64,000 nucleotides of DNA, taken from assembly GCA_038245785.1 (NCBI GenBank), contig JBBRSB010000001.1:224001-288000 (forward strand), in the 5' to 3' direction. This document shows, one piece after another, positions 19,443-28,833 of this stretch. How positions within the stretch are numbered: the stretch's first letter is position 1; every line of letters starts with the position of its first letter. A model generated the notes under the pieces. The model had not been told where the DNA came from. It worked only from the letters and a program-made list of their open reading frames with translations, and ran no database searches. Source of the stretch: Gloeobacterales cyanobacterium (GTDB lineage Bacteria; Cyanobacteriota; Cyanobacteriia; Gloeobacterales; PMM-0068). The translations under genes and the position numbers were made by a program.

Positions 19443-19476
19443 GGATCATAGCCTTTTGAAGAATAAAACAGCCCTG

Positions 19477-20052
19477 CTAAAACGATGAACCCGGTTGCTG
19501 GAGAAATTCTTCTTCTTCCGCTGTATTGAGCCGTCCCAGAATTTTGTTGCGATGAGGAAAGCGATCAAAGCGCTCAATTACGGCTTTGTGTTTGATGGCA
19601 TAGGCTGTCACATCCTCTATCTGTAATTCCTGCATCCACTGAACAGCCTGATGCTGGTATTCCAAATTCTCACTATGTTCAAAAGGCAGATAGATAAACA
19701 TGCGTCGGATGGACGGTAATTCCTGGTCAAAGCCTTGAGTGATGGCATATTGCGCAACTTTTAGGGCTTGGTCATCGGTGGCAAAGGATTGCGCTTCTCC
19801 CCGAAACATATTGCGTGGAAACTGGTCTAGGAGCAAAATTAAAGCCAGACAGCCCTGAGCATTTTCCTGCCAATCGTTTAGTTTCCCTACGGCGGCCTGT
19901 TCATAATCTGCCTGAAAACAGGTGCGTATAGCCTGATCGAAGTTTGGATCTTTCGTAAACCAAACCCGGCGACGCTGTGCGTATTCAGCTTCTTGGCCTT
20001 GGGCAAACCAAAAGTCTAGAATTTCATCCATGGAAGACATTAGGATGCTCAA
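19477..20052 (-). CDS. DUF924 family protein
   Basis: ILDFWF, LLLDQFPRNMFR, YLPFEHSE, RFPHRNKILGR. Confidence 0.92.
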   Translation of the reverse strand: MSILMSSMDEILDFWFAQGQEAEYAQRRRVWFTKDPNFDQAIRTCFQADYEQAAVGKLNDWQENAQGCLALILLLDQFPRNMFRGEAQSFATDDQALKVAQYAITQGFDQELPSIRRMFIYLPFEHSENLEYQHQAVQWMQELQIEDVTAYAIKHKAVIERFDRFPHRNKILGRLNTAEEEEFLQQPGSSF

Positions 20053-20462
20053 AAGTCTGTTCTTGCTTCTATCGCAATGCCAGAAGGACCTCCTGAACTG
20101 ACATTTCTATTTAGAGGAATGGGACTGCCATAGGGTGAAACAAAACACACACTGCGGCATCGGGATTGAGTGTACTGCTGCTGGAACCGTCTTTGTTCAC
20201 TATTAACTGGGGCCTCAACGCGATTAAACTGCGACTCGGAGGCTCTAAACTCATAAGAGCGGTCCACGGGTCTTCTAATATTTACTCTTTTTTTGACTGC
20301 ACTTTTAGCTGCAGGACCTTTGACTACTGGCCTACCTTGAGGCCGAGTCCGTAACTCAGAGGAGGGTGAAGCCTGGAGCTGAGCCTGGGCAGGGGGAATC
20401 ACGCATAACGCCCCAAGAACGAACAGAATTGCTGTAGCTTTCCCTAATAATTTGAGTAACAC
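20049..20462 (-). CDS. Hypothetical secreted protein
   Basis: Signal-peptide-like N-terminus ending in AQA; overlaps the DUF924 start. Confidence 0.55.
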   Translation of the reverse strand: MLLKLLGKATAILFVLGALCVIPPAQAQLQASPSSELRTRPQGRPVVKGPAAKSAVKKRVNIRRPVDRSYEFRASESQFNRVEAPVNSEQRRFQQQYTQSRCRSVCFVSPYGSPIPLNRNVSSGGPSGIAIEARTDF

Positions 20463-20535
20463 GGCACGCCTTCTACGAGGATGTGTGATAACTACATTGT
20501 AGAAGTTTTTTCTTAATGGTCCTATGCCTTATGGT

Positions 20536-21600
20536 TTAAAGACGTTGGCCGGAGTTGACATCAAACCAATGTATGCACTCCTCAGAAAAACTTAAGTTTA
20601 TCGTCTCTCCACTCCAGGTTTGTTCTGCGGGTAAAAGGGCTCTCAGCGTCTCTCCTGGCTGATTTTCCAGGCGGACACTCAACAGGTTGTGCATCCCTAA
20701 GTTCTCTACTAAATAGACCGTTCCAGGAATGGAGTAGGTATCTCCTGGCTGGGCAATCCGTATATGTTCAGGACGAATACCCAAAACTACTTTAGAAAGA
20801 TTTTTAGACTCTGTCGGAAGAGGTATTTTAACATCAGTGAGCATGGCATAACTACCTTGACAAGGCACAACCAATAAATTCATTTGTGGACTGCCAATAA
20901 ACCCAGCTACGAACTGATTGGCAGGATGAGTATAGATGCGTTGAGGGGTATCCAATTGCTGTAAATTGCCATCATAAAGAACGGCTACTTTCGTGGATAA
21001 AGTCATCGCTTCAGTTTGGTCATGGGTGACATAAACCACAGGTGCTTTCTGGGAAGAAAAGAGTTGTTTAAGCTCAGCCCGTACCCGTTCTCGCAAGAGG
21101 GCATCCAGGTTGCTCAAAGGCTCGTCCAATAAAAATACATCAGGTCTACGGACTAAGGCACGAGCGACGGCGACCCTCTGCCGTTGGCCTCCTGATAGTT
21201 GGCTTGGTTTGCGGTCTAAGAGCGTTTCTAGGCCCAGGAACTTGGCGGTTTCACTAATCCGTTGCTGGATATCGCTATCGGCCAGCTTACGCAACTTCAA
21301 GCCGGAAGCAATATTTTCCTGCACGGTCATATGCGGGTACAGCGCGTAGCTCTGGAAGACCATCGCAATATTGCGCTCTCCTGGTTCCAAACCGCTGACA
21401 TTGCGCCCTTGGATCATCACTTGCCCTCGGGTAGGTTGTTCTAATCCCGCTATCAAGCGCAATATCGTAGACTTGCCACAACCAGAAGGTCCGAGCAAGG
21501 TCAGAAATTCCCCTTCCTCTACACTCAGACTCAGGTCTTTGACCGGAACGCTGGTGGAGTTGTAGGTCTTATTGAGGTCTCGAAGTTCGAGTTTTGCCAT
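20536..21600 (-). CDS. Sugar ABC transporter ATP-binding subunit (MalK/UgpC family)
   Basis: GPSGCGKS, VFQSYALYPHM, LSGGQRQR, LLDEPLSNLD, C-terminal TOBE-like region. Confidence 0.95.
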   Translation of the reverse strand: MAKLELRDLNKTYNSTSVPVKDLSLSVEEGEFLTLLGPSGCGKSTILRLIAGLEQPTRGQVMIQGRNVSGLEPGERNIAMVFQSYALYPHMTVQENIASGLKLRKLADSDIQQRISETAKFLGLETLLDRKPSQLSGGQRQRVAVARALVRRPDVFLLDEPLSNLDALLRERVRAELKQLFSSQKAPVVYVTHDQTEAMTLSTKVAVLYDGNLQQLDTPQRIYTHPANQFVAGFIGSPQMNLLVVPCQGSYAMLTDVKIPLPTESKNLSKVVLGIRPEHIRIAQPGDTYSIPGTVYLVENLGMHNLLSVRLENQPGETLRALLPAEQTWSGETINLSFSEECIHWFDVNSGQRL

Positions 21601-21792
21601 AGTTCTTTTTACCCCATGATGCGCTGTGATGCAGTAACGCCCGAGACAGTGGTGCTGTTCTCAGCCTATCAGAAGCTCTGATGAAGCTTTTTAGCGCCCC
21701 GGCGTTCTGACCGGAAATTGGGGCGTGTCGATATCTGCCGATGGCTGGAATCCCTAGCTAGGTTGTGGGATAGGAGAAAATGGAGGGGTATA

Positions 21793-22668
21793 ATGGACTT
21801 CTTGCATCTTCAGGAGTGGACTTGTATGTTTCCAACTCTTCTAAATAACGATCAGCTCCTGAGTAGCTATCAAAAAAGTCTTAAAGATCTTTTCGAAAAG
21901 TCTTCAAACTCTGGTTTCAACAATGAAATGCATAAAGACTATGAAGAAATTGGATACTTACTGTTTGAGAGCGATTTTGACATAGGAAATTTCAAGCATG
22001 CCCATGAAAAACTAGACAGTTTCTATACAAAATATTCTGATTTTATTGATAGTAATTTAAAAAAATCTCTTGAAAAATTAGAAACAGGTATTAGCCTACT
22101 TCCTGTAATTCGGCCTGCCTTTCTTATTTTGTCTGAGTCTCTGCTTGAGTTTCAAGGTAAAAATTTAGATATTGAAGATCTTAAAAAGTATTGCGCAAGT
22201 TTGACAAGGTTGAAAGATGTTGCAGAGAATTTTATTGAACTGGTCAATTGGCTGGATTCATCAAGCAGAAGAGCTGTAGTTGAAACTTTTGAGGAACTTT
22301 CAGAGGGTTTAGTTCGTTGGGATTTAGGTGAGAGCATTGCTGGTCTACAAGGTGAGCAAGAAATTTTGGACTGTTTAAAATCCATAAAACTATATGCTAA
22401 GTCCATCTTATGGGATATTGAAAGAATTGATAGCTCTTTGGATCTTGAAAACAAGCAAGCACTTAACTTTCCAGAAGTTAAAGCAAATGTTAGCCGTGAG
22501 GAACAGATTTTACGCAATCAGGGAGCTATTAGTTTTCTAAGATCACTTAGAGATATAAAAGTAGATCCTGAGCAATCTAAAATAGATAATGAAGAGTCTG
22601 AGCGTTTAAGAGCTATTCTAGACAGTCATAGACCAGAAGGTCATAAGTTATTCTCAAGCAATGACTAA
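21793..22668 (+). CDS. Hypothetical AT-rich protein, putative antitoxin partner of the downstream PIN protein
   Basis: Long helical ORF with uncertain start; ends 2 bp before the PIN gene; C-terminus NQGAISFL...ILDSHRPEGHKLFS. Confidence 0.6.
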   Translation: MDFLHLQEWTCMFPTLLNNDQLLSSYQKSLKDLFEKSSNSGFNNEMHKDYEEIGYLLFESDFDIGNFKHAHEKLDSFYTKYSDFIDSNLKKSLEKLETGISLLPVIRPAFLILSESLLEFQGKNLDIEDLKKYCASLTRLKDVAENFIELVNWLDSSSRRAVVETFEELSEGLVRWDLGESIAGLQGEQEILDCLKSIKLYAKSILWDIERIDSSLDLENKQALNFPEVKANVSREEQILRNQGAISFLRSLRDIKVDPEQSKIDNEESERLRAILDSHRPEGHKLFSSND

Positions 22669-22670
22669 CA

Positions 22671-23135
22671 GTGATGATTTTTTTAGACACTAACATTCTT
22701 AGCTATCTGACTAATCCCAATGAAAATCAACTTGGTATTGATATCACTAGCTGGTTGGAGCGCATGCTTTCTAGAGCCTATGTAGTGAGTTCTGATATCT
22801 GCGACTATGAAATAAGAAGAAGCTTACTTTTTGACAAAAAGAAATCAGGAGGTGGTTCTGGCTTAAATATTCTTGAGGAATGGAGAACGCGTATCGATTT
22901 TTTGCCAGTTAATCATAATGTTTTTGTCCTAGCTTCAGAATTATGGGCAGAAAATTCAGTTAATGCTCGACCTAATAAAGCCAAAGAAAATATTGATGTT
23001 GATATAATTATTGCGGCTCAGTGGCGACTACTGCAGAATGATCATCCTGGTCAACGTGTTGTGCTTGTAACCGAAAATATAAGAGATTTCCATAAGCTAT
23101 GTGATGTGGATTTATGGCGCAATGTTAATTTCTAG
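22671..23135 (+). CDS. PIN-domain (VapC-like) protein
   Basis: IFLDTNIL, DYEIRRSL, DVDIIIAAQ, LVTENIRDF. Confidence 0.85.
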   Translation: MMIFLDTNILSYLTNPNENQLGIDITSWLERMLSRAYVVSSDICDYEIRRSLLFDKKKSGGGSGLNILEEWRTRIDFLPVNHNVFVLASELWAENSVNARPNKAKENIDVDIIIAAQWRLLQNDHPGQRVVLVTENIRDFHKLCDVDLWRNVNF

Positions 23136-23243
23136 ATCACACTAAGGTTGGTCTCTACAGCCACAGATCCAAAAATTCACTTTCAACTTGGAGATTTGAA
23201 AGCCACAATAGAGACACATGGCTTTCCGTAATCTGGGTACGTT

Positions 23244-23675
23244 ATGCATCATCAGGTACTCTTCCATCTTGCCTTTCCCATTGGTGACATCGACCAAGCA
23301 AAGAAGTTTTACGCTGAGGACTTGGGGTGTGAAATAGGGCGAGAAACGGCTAATTCAGTCATTTTTAATATGCAGGGCCACCAGTTAGTTGCCCATGTGA
23401 CAAAAGAGCCTCTTACTTCCCAAAAAGGCATCTATCCCCGTCATTTTGGCCTAATTTTCAGTGACGAATCAGACTGGCAGGCCCTCCTCAGACATGCAAA
23501 AGAACGAGGACTCCCCTTCTATCAAGAGGCCAAGTTGCGCTACGAGGGTTTACCTCTAGAGCATCGTACATTCTTTCTAGAAGACCCCTTCCATAACCTT
23601 CTGGAGTTTAAGTTTTATCGTCATCATTCGGCAATTTTTGGTCAACAGGGCTATGCGCATATCGGCGATGCTTGA
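23244..23675 (+). CDS. VOC/glyoxalase family protein
   Basis: FHLAFPI, GHQLVAH, PRHFGLI, FFLEDPFHNLLEFK. Confidence 0.9.
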   Translation: MHHQVLFHLAFPIGDIDQAKKFYAEDLGCEIGRETANSVIFNMQGHQLVAHVTKEPLTSQKGIYPRHFGLIFSDESDWQALLRHAKERGLPFYQEAKLRYEGLPLEHRTFFLEDPFHNLLEFKFYRHHSAIFGQQGYAHIGDA

Positions 23676-23694
23676 GCATGGAAGCGCTTGTTGC

Positions 23695-24138
23695 TTACTT
23701 AGAAACTTCCAAATGACGCACTAAAGCCTTTAGTCCCAGGCGATAACTCTCTGCACCAAAGCCCGAAATCTGACCAATGGCTACAGGGGCGATAAATGAA
23801 TGCTGGCGAAAGGCTTCGCGTTTGTAAATATTGCTCAGATGCACTTCTACAAGCGGCAGGCCCACGCCGCTGATGGCATCCCTTAGCGCGACACTGGTAT
23901 GGGTATAGCCGCCAGGATTGAAAACGATCCCATTATGCTGATCGAAGGCTTGCTGAATGGCATCGATCAAGGCCCCTTCATGGTTGGACTGAAAAAAGTT
24001 AACGGACACCCCAAGCTCTAGGGCATCCGTTTTTAAAAGTTCTTCTATATCTTTCAGGGTCATAGACCCATAAATGCCAGGCTCTCGCTGACCTAACAGA
24101 TTTAAGTTAGGGCCATGGAGGATCAGTAAAGAAAGCAA
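23695..24138 (-). CDS. aroQ: Type II 3-dehydroquinate dehydratase
   Basis: [44 protein letters not shown]. Confidence 0.97.
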   Translation of the reverse strand: MLSLLILHGPNLNLLGQREPGIYGSMTLKDIEELLKTDALELGVSVNFFQSNHEGALIDAIQQAFDQHNGIVFNPGGYTHTSVALRDAISGVGLPLVEVHLSNIYKREAFRQHSFIAPVAIGQISGFGAESYRLGLKALVRHLEVSK

Positions 24139-24144
24139 GGTAGA

Positions 24145-24276
24145 TTAGCGGCGACGGGGGTATTGTTCACGAACTGGCACAGGGATAGGTACAAGATCAG
24201 GCTCAGGAGTAGGGCCGAAAAGCTCGGCGGCTTTTTTCTCCAGTGCTTCGAGAATTTTTTTGAGTGCCTTTCGCAT
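24145..24276 (-). CDS. 43-aa small protein with a Pro-rich, basic tail
   Basis: MRKALKKILEALEKKAAELFGPTPEPDLVPIPVPVREQYPRRR*; stop lies 6 bp before aroQ; too short for the ORF track. Confidence 0.7.
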   Translation of the reverse strand: MRKALKKILEALEKKAAELFGPTPEPDLVPIPVPVREQYPRRR

Positions 24277-24547
24277 GAGGGGAAATACCCTTTCTAAGAT
24301 ATTGGAGTGCCTAATGAATCTATAGTAGCAGCTCTATTTACTCTGTGTTCAATGTTTATCAGATTCACAAAAAAACCCTGAGAAGCATACGTAGGTAGAT
24401 AAGTGTGAGCACCTGCTGACGTGGAAGCCAATTGGCTGCAGATAGAAGTTTTCGAGGATCTAAGTGATCTCTGACATGGCTCGGGGATCACTTGGATTAA
24501 GAATTTCTGCTCCTAAGTCAAGGAGGAAATTCCCAAAATTTAAGGAT

Positions 24548-25834
24548 TCAGCGCTGGAAGTCTGTCACCGAGCGATCAGTCACAGGGGATAGAAGACGCC
24601 GTAATTGGTCTAGAGCCGACTGGACACTGAGCCAACGGATCCACTCTCGGCTGCGGTCTTCGCCAAAGCTATATTCAAAAGTCTCTGAGACTTCCGGGCC
24701 AACAATGGCGATATGAACCAAACCGACTGGTTTCGCCTCAGTCCCTCCGGTTGGACCCGATACGCCTGTGATCCCGATTCCCCAATCAGCGTGTAGATTT
24801 TTGCGGATTGCTTGAGCCATCTGCAGGGCGACGGGGCTACATACGGCTCCCTGTTCTTCTAGAATTTGAGGGTCCACGCCCAAAAGTTCGGTCTTAATTT
24901 GGTTGCTGTATGCAATCGTCCCGCCTACGAAAAACTGAGAACTGCCGGATGCATCGGTAAGGACTTTTGCTAACCAGCCTCCTGTGCAGGATTCTGCCAC
25001 CGCTAAAGTCTGTCCTCGCTTGGCTAAAAGTTCTCCTCCCACGGACGCTAAGGTCGCTTCATCCTCTCCAAAATAATGAGAGCCTCCCAACTCTTTTAAA
25101 GCTTGGACGGTAGGTTCTATAAGGGTCTTAGCTTGAGCGATATCTGGAGCGGATGCCGTAGCTCTGAGCTTAATCACACCCATGCTGGCATAGGGGGCAA
25201 CGGTTGGATTTTCCTGCTCCAGGAAGATTTGGGCTTTTTCAGCCAGGTCTGATTCACCAATGCCCCAGTAGAGCAAGGTCCGACTATAGAAAACCCGCTG
25301 GCCATAGCGTTGGGCCAAGAAAGGTATTGCCGTTTCTTTCCACATTGCTTTCATCTCGCTGGGCACGCCGGGAAAAGTCAGAATCACAAAATCAGGACGG
25401 GCTTCCCAGACAATCCCTGGAGCAGTTCCGGTGAGATTGGGTAATACCATCGCTCCTTCGGGAAAAGAAGCTTGTTTACGGTTGGAGGGACTCATCACCC
25501 GATTGCGCTTTTGATAGCGCAATTCTAAAGCCTTCAATATTTCAGGATGTTCTATCATCTGCACCCCAAAGTAGGAGGCCAGGGATTCATGGGTTAAGTC
25601 ATCCGGAGTTGGCCCTAGCCCTCCGGTGGTGATCAGCACGCCTGCTTCCCTCTCCTTCATCTGGTCTAGGACTTGATGAATGCGTTCGGTATTGTCCCCC
25701 ACCACAGTTTGGAGAAAATGGGGAATACCGAGTCCTGCCAACTCCTGCGCCAGAAACGTGGCATTCGTATTCACAATCTGACCAAGGAGCAGTTCGCTGC
25801 CAACACACAAAACTTCTGCGGGGAGTAGGGCCAC
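24548..25834 (-). CDS. cinA: CinA (ADP-ribose pyrophosphatase domain plus NMN deamidase)
   Basis: VGSELLLGQIVNTN, GGLGPTPDDLT, AESCTGG, GITGVSGP. Confidence 0.95.
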   Translation of the reverse strand: MALLPAEVLCVGSELLLGQIVNTNATFLAQELAGLGIPHFLQTVVGDNTERIHQVLDQMKEREAGVLITTGGLGPTPDDLTHESLASYFGVQMIEHPEILKALELRYQKRNRVMSPSNRKQASFPEGAMVLPNLTGTAPGIVWEARPDFVILTFPGVPSEMKAMWKETAIPFLAQRYGQRVFYSRTLLYWGIGESDLAEKAQIFLEQENPTVAPYASMGVIKLRATASAPDIAQAKTLIEPTVQALKELGGSHYFGEDEATLASVGGELLAKRGQTLAVAESCTGGWLAKVLTDASGSSQFFVGGTIAYSNQIKTELLGVDPQILEEQGAVCSPVALQMAQAIRKNLHADWGIGITGVSGPTGGTEAKPVGLVHIAIVGPEVSETFEYSFGEDRSREWIRWLSVQSALDQLRRLLSPVTDRSVTDFQR

Positions 25835-25882
25835 GACGTTATCCTTAGCTTTATCGGTGAGTATCCGGGGCTATCTTAATCT

Positions 25883-26023
25883 AGACGACGAGCTGACTGC
25901 CAAGAATATTCTGGACGGATAACGCTAAGGGCTTGAGGCTATGGTTATTTCCTGCGACTCAAATGTATATATTAATACAGAGGCTCGGTGGATCTTGGCA
26001 CTGACCCGATCTGCAGTCCGTCT
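25883..26023 (+). ncRNA. ssrS: Probable 6S RNA
   Basis: Nested complementary blocks AGACG/CGTCT, TGCCAAGA/TCTTGGCA, GGA/TCC, ATAAC/GTTAT; TATCTT -10 box at 25872; resembles cyanobacterial 6S from memory. Confidence 0.55.
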
Positions 26024-26064
26024 TATTTGAAAACCCACTACTTCTTTTCTGCTCGGAGAGGTCG

Positions 26065-26514
26065 ATGAAGCTCGTTACAGCGTTACTCTTACTCACGTTT
26101 TCTGCCTCTTATGCTCTCCCTGGTTTTGCTCAAAAGATTGAGAGTAAGCCTGCCTCTGGGTCTGTTCTAAAAAATCCGGCAGAGCTAACCCTAATTTTTG
26201 ACCCTAGACCCTTGGCCCTAAAAGATTTCTTGTGGACAGAACCCACTGTTCTCGTCAATGGAGTGGATGTGTCTGCAGCAGCCCGAGCTTTTGCTGGAGG
26301 CGCTACTGCGGTGCCTGTAGGGGACGACCAGTTCATCTTGGCAGAGCAAACAGTTGATGACACTACTGCTAGGGTGAAGGTCTATGGGCTACGGGGCAAA
26401 CCAGGACGTCATCGGATCACGATTCAGATCAAACCGAAAGATCCGAAGCAGGCTAAACCCCTTACCTTCGAAGGAAGCTATATGTTGCCTCCGGTCTTGT
26501 CTACAGAGAAATAG
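26065..26514 (+). CDS. Hypothetical secreted protein, beta-rich
   Basis: Sec signal peptide MKLVTALLLLTFSASYALPGFA; GGAGAGG RBS. Confidence 0.75.
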   Translation: MKLVTALLLLTFSASYALPGFAQKIESKPASGSVLKNPAELTLIFDPRPLALKDFLWTEPTVLVNGVDVSAAARAFAGGATAVPVGDDQFILAEQTVDDTTARVKVYGLRGKPGRHRITIQIKPKDPKQAKPLTFEGSYMLPPVLSTEK

Positions 26515-26914
26515 ATGTTCCCAAATAACGTTCAATCAAAACCAAGGCGACCAAGTCATCGTAGGGCGTCGGTGGCGTACGCATCCCTTTAGGCAAAAAA
26601 GCGTTCATCCCTTGGGCCGGATAATAATCCCAGTAACGCTTACGGGCTTCCTCTGAGCTATGGCGCTCATCGACCACAGCGATCGATAGTTCGGGAAAAG
26701 CTGTGCCTATCTTGGTTTGCCATTCCTTAGAACCCGTTTGACTGCCAATCAGGAGTTGCTGGACTTCAAAGCGTGTAAGTAAAGTGCGGAGTTCTTCCAG
26801 GGACTGCTCCGCTGCTATCACTTGCCGATAGCGAACTGAATGGGGATCGACTGCATCCACAATGGCGATGCCACATTTATCTCGTCCTGGATCAAAACCG
26901 ATGAGGTAGGGCAT
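26501..26914 (-). CDS. yqgF: YqgF/RuvX family nuclease
   Basis: GFDPGRDKCGIA, VDERHSSEEAR, DDLVALVL. Confidence 0.85.
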   Translation of the reverse strand: MPYLIGFDPGRDKCGIAIVDAVDPHSVRYRQVIAAEQSLEELRTLLTRFEVQQLLIGSQTGSKEWQTKIGTAFPELSIAVVDERHSSEEARKRYWDYYPAQGMNAFLPKGMRTPPTPYDDLVALVLIERYLGTSISL

Positions 26915-26947
26915 ACTGCGCTGGTGAAGTAGCTTACGGACTGAGCA

Positions 26948-27232
26948 CTATAGAATCTTGGGGACCTTAAAGAATTGGTCTTCGCGGTCTGGGGCATTCT
27001 GGAGAATTTCTTCTAAACCTTGCCAAGGAACCAATTCATCTTCGCGGACGATATTCGTCGTTTCAATCGCTCGGGTAGTTGGTTCTACGCCGTTGGTATC
27101 CAATGCAGAAAGTTCTTCTACGTATCCCAAAATATTATTGAGTTGCCCTGTAAATAGCTCTTCTTCGGATTCAGAAAGCTCTAGGCGGGCCAGGTGGGCC
27201 ACTTTTCGAACAGTATCGCGGTCAATCGTCAT
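26948..27232 (-). CDS. gatC: Asp/Glu-tRNA amidotransferase subunit C
   Basis: VRKVAHLARL, LDTNGVEPT, FFKVPKIL. Confidence 0.96.
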   Translation of the reverse strand: MTIDRDTVRKVAHLARLELSESEEELFTGQLNNILGYVEELSALDTNGVEPTTRAIETTNIVREDELVPWQGLEEILQNAPDREDQFFKVPKIL

Positions 27233-27309
27233 GTGGTGATATTAGCATCCCCTAGTGCTTGTAGGTTTTGTGGAGCTAAGATAAAAGAAGAATTATTACT
27301 TCCCTTCCC

Positions 27310-27873
27310 ATGCCCCTCGCTCCTATCGTCTCCAAAGAAAAGTTGGTGGTGCCCCCTTTCGAAGTTTTCACGCTTGGGGACCGGGTTCTGCGCCAAAACA
27401 GCAAGAATGTTACCAGCATCAACGATGAAGTCCGCATGATTGCGCGCAAGATGCTCCAAACGATGTACAGCTATGACGGTATTGGTCTAGCGGCCCCTCA
27501 GTCAGGGATTAATAAGCGGATCATCGTCATCGACACCGACCCCGAAGAGGCGGCTAACCCTTCCTATGTGATGATTAACCCCCAGATTCATGATTTGTCC
27601 AAAGATTTGGAAGTGGGACAGGAAGGATGCTTGAGTGTACCCAATGTGTTCGGCGATGTGCAACGCTCAGCCCAACTGATTGTCAGCTTTAAAGATATCT
27701 ACGGTAAGCCTCAACGCATCAAAGCTTCGGGGCTTTTTGCTCGGGTCATCCAGCACGAAATGGACCATCTAGATGGAGTGTTGTTTGTAGACCGAGTGGA
27801 TAACCAACTGAGTCTGGCCGAAGAACTGAAGAAGCAGAAGTTCAATCCTAAGGACGTGCAGTTTCAGCAGTAA
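27310..27873 (+). CDS. def: Peptide deformylase
   Basis: GIGLAAPQ, EGCLS, QHEMDHL. Confidence 0.97.
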   Translation: MPLAPIVSKEKLVVPPFEVFTLGDRVLRQNSKNVTSINDEVRMIARKMLQTMYSYDGIGLAAPQSGINKRIIVIDTDPEEAANPSYVMINPQIHDLSKDLEVGQEGCLSVPNVFGDVQRSAQLIVSFKDIYGKPQRIKASGLFARVIQHEMDHLDGVLFVDRVDNQLSLAEELKKQKFNPKDVQFQQ

Positions 27874-27968
27874 CGGGGCGTTGCAATCTTTTTTAGCTGC
27901 AACTCTTCTGTATCTGTGACAGTTATCTTCAGACTAGCCTCTCACAGACATTGGAGGCGCAATTTGCT

Positions 27969-28018
27969 GAAAGTGCCAAACTAGAAGCAGCGATGTGCAA
28001 AAACCTCAGGAGGTTGGG
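27969..28018 (+). repeat. 50-bp identical leader/RBS repeat, copy 1
   Basis: GAAAGTGCCAAACTAGAAGCAGCGATGTGCAAAAACCTCAGGAGGTTGGG, identical at 28781-28830. Confidence 0.95.
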
Positions 28019-28021
28019 ATT

Positions 28022-28270
28022 ATGAGTCCTCTGCTGGAGCAGATTTTACAAGAAATTGAGCAGCTTAGCCCAGATGAGCAAAAGAAGTTATCTGAACGGC
28101 TAGCAGAACGAATCAAGTCCTTTGAGACAGTGAGTCAGCCGAAACGGAGTTGGCAAGAGTTGAGGGGAATCGCGCCAAACATTCTAGGGGGAAAGGATGC
28201 TCAAGCATGGGTCAATGAGTTGCGGGATGAGTGGGAGGAGCGGGAAATAAGAGTCCAAGAGAATCAATGA
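28022..28270 (+). CDS. Putative antitoxin (DUF2281-like)
   Basis: LEQILQEIEQLSPDEQ...RSWQELRGIA...DAQAWVNELRDEW; ATGA overlap with the PIN gene. Confidence 0.75.
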   Translation: MSPLLEQILQEIEQLSPDEQKKLSERLAERIKSFETVSQPKRSWQELRGIAPNILGGKDAQAWVNELRDEWEEREIRVQENQ

Positions 28271-28713
28271 AGGTTAGCGATGCTTTACAGGGCTTGAATC
28301 GGCTCTTCTTAGATTCTGCTCCTGTAATCTACTACATTGACGCGAATCCTGAGTATTTGAGTGTGATGGACAGCATTTTTGATCGTCTAAATTTAGAGCA
28401 GATTCGGGCTGCTACCTCTCCAGTGACGTTGGCAGAATGTTTGGTATTACCCATTCGTCAGAACGATTCAGAGAAACAGCAAGTCTTTATTGATATTCTT
28501 ACGTCAATAGAAACGGCAGATTTTATCAAAACTGATACTGCCATTGCTCAATCTGCAGCAGAAATTCGCGTCAGATATAACTTGAAGTTGCCCGATGCGT
28601 TGCAGATAGCAACCGCAATAGAATCCAACTGTGAGGCGTTTTTAACGAATGATGCCCAACTGAAACGGGTGATGGAACTGCGGGTGCTAGTGATCAGCGA
28701 GTTAGAGGTTTGA
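28267..28713 (+). CDS. vapC: VapC/PIN-domain toxin
   Basis: LFLDSAPVIY, TLAECLV, LKLPDALQIATA, FLTND. Confidence 0.88.
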   Translation: MKVSDALQGLNRLFLDSAPVIYYIDANPEYLSVMDSIFDRLNLEQIRAATSPVTLAECLVLPIRQNDSEKQQVFIDILTSIETADFIKTDTAIAQSAAEIRVRYNLKLPDALQIATAIESNCEAFLTNDAQLKRVMELRVLVISELEV

Positions 28714-28780
28714 GAAGCAGATGAACGTTCATGAACTCATCGAAGCTTTATCGCAGTTCGCTCCAGAGAAATAGTTTACA

Positions 28781-28830
28781 GAAAGTGCCAAACTAGAAGC
28801 AGCGATGTGCAAAAACCTCAGGAGGTTGGG
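28781..28830 (+). repeat. 50-bp identical leader/RBS repeat, copy 2
   Basis: Exact copy of 27969-28018. Confidence 0.95.
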
Positions 28831-28833
28831 GCT

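Noticed and set aside
27995..28833. Shared N-terminus MQKPQEVG on two track ORFs
   Set aside because: An artefact of the 50-bp leader repeat; the true starts follow the AGGAGG RBS.
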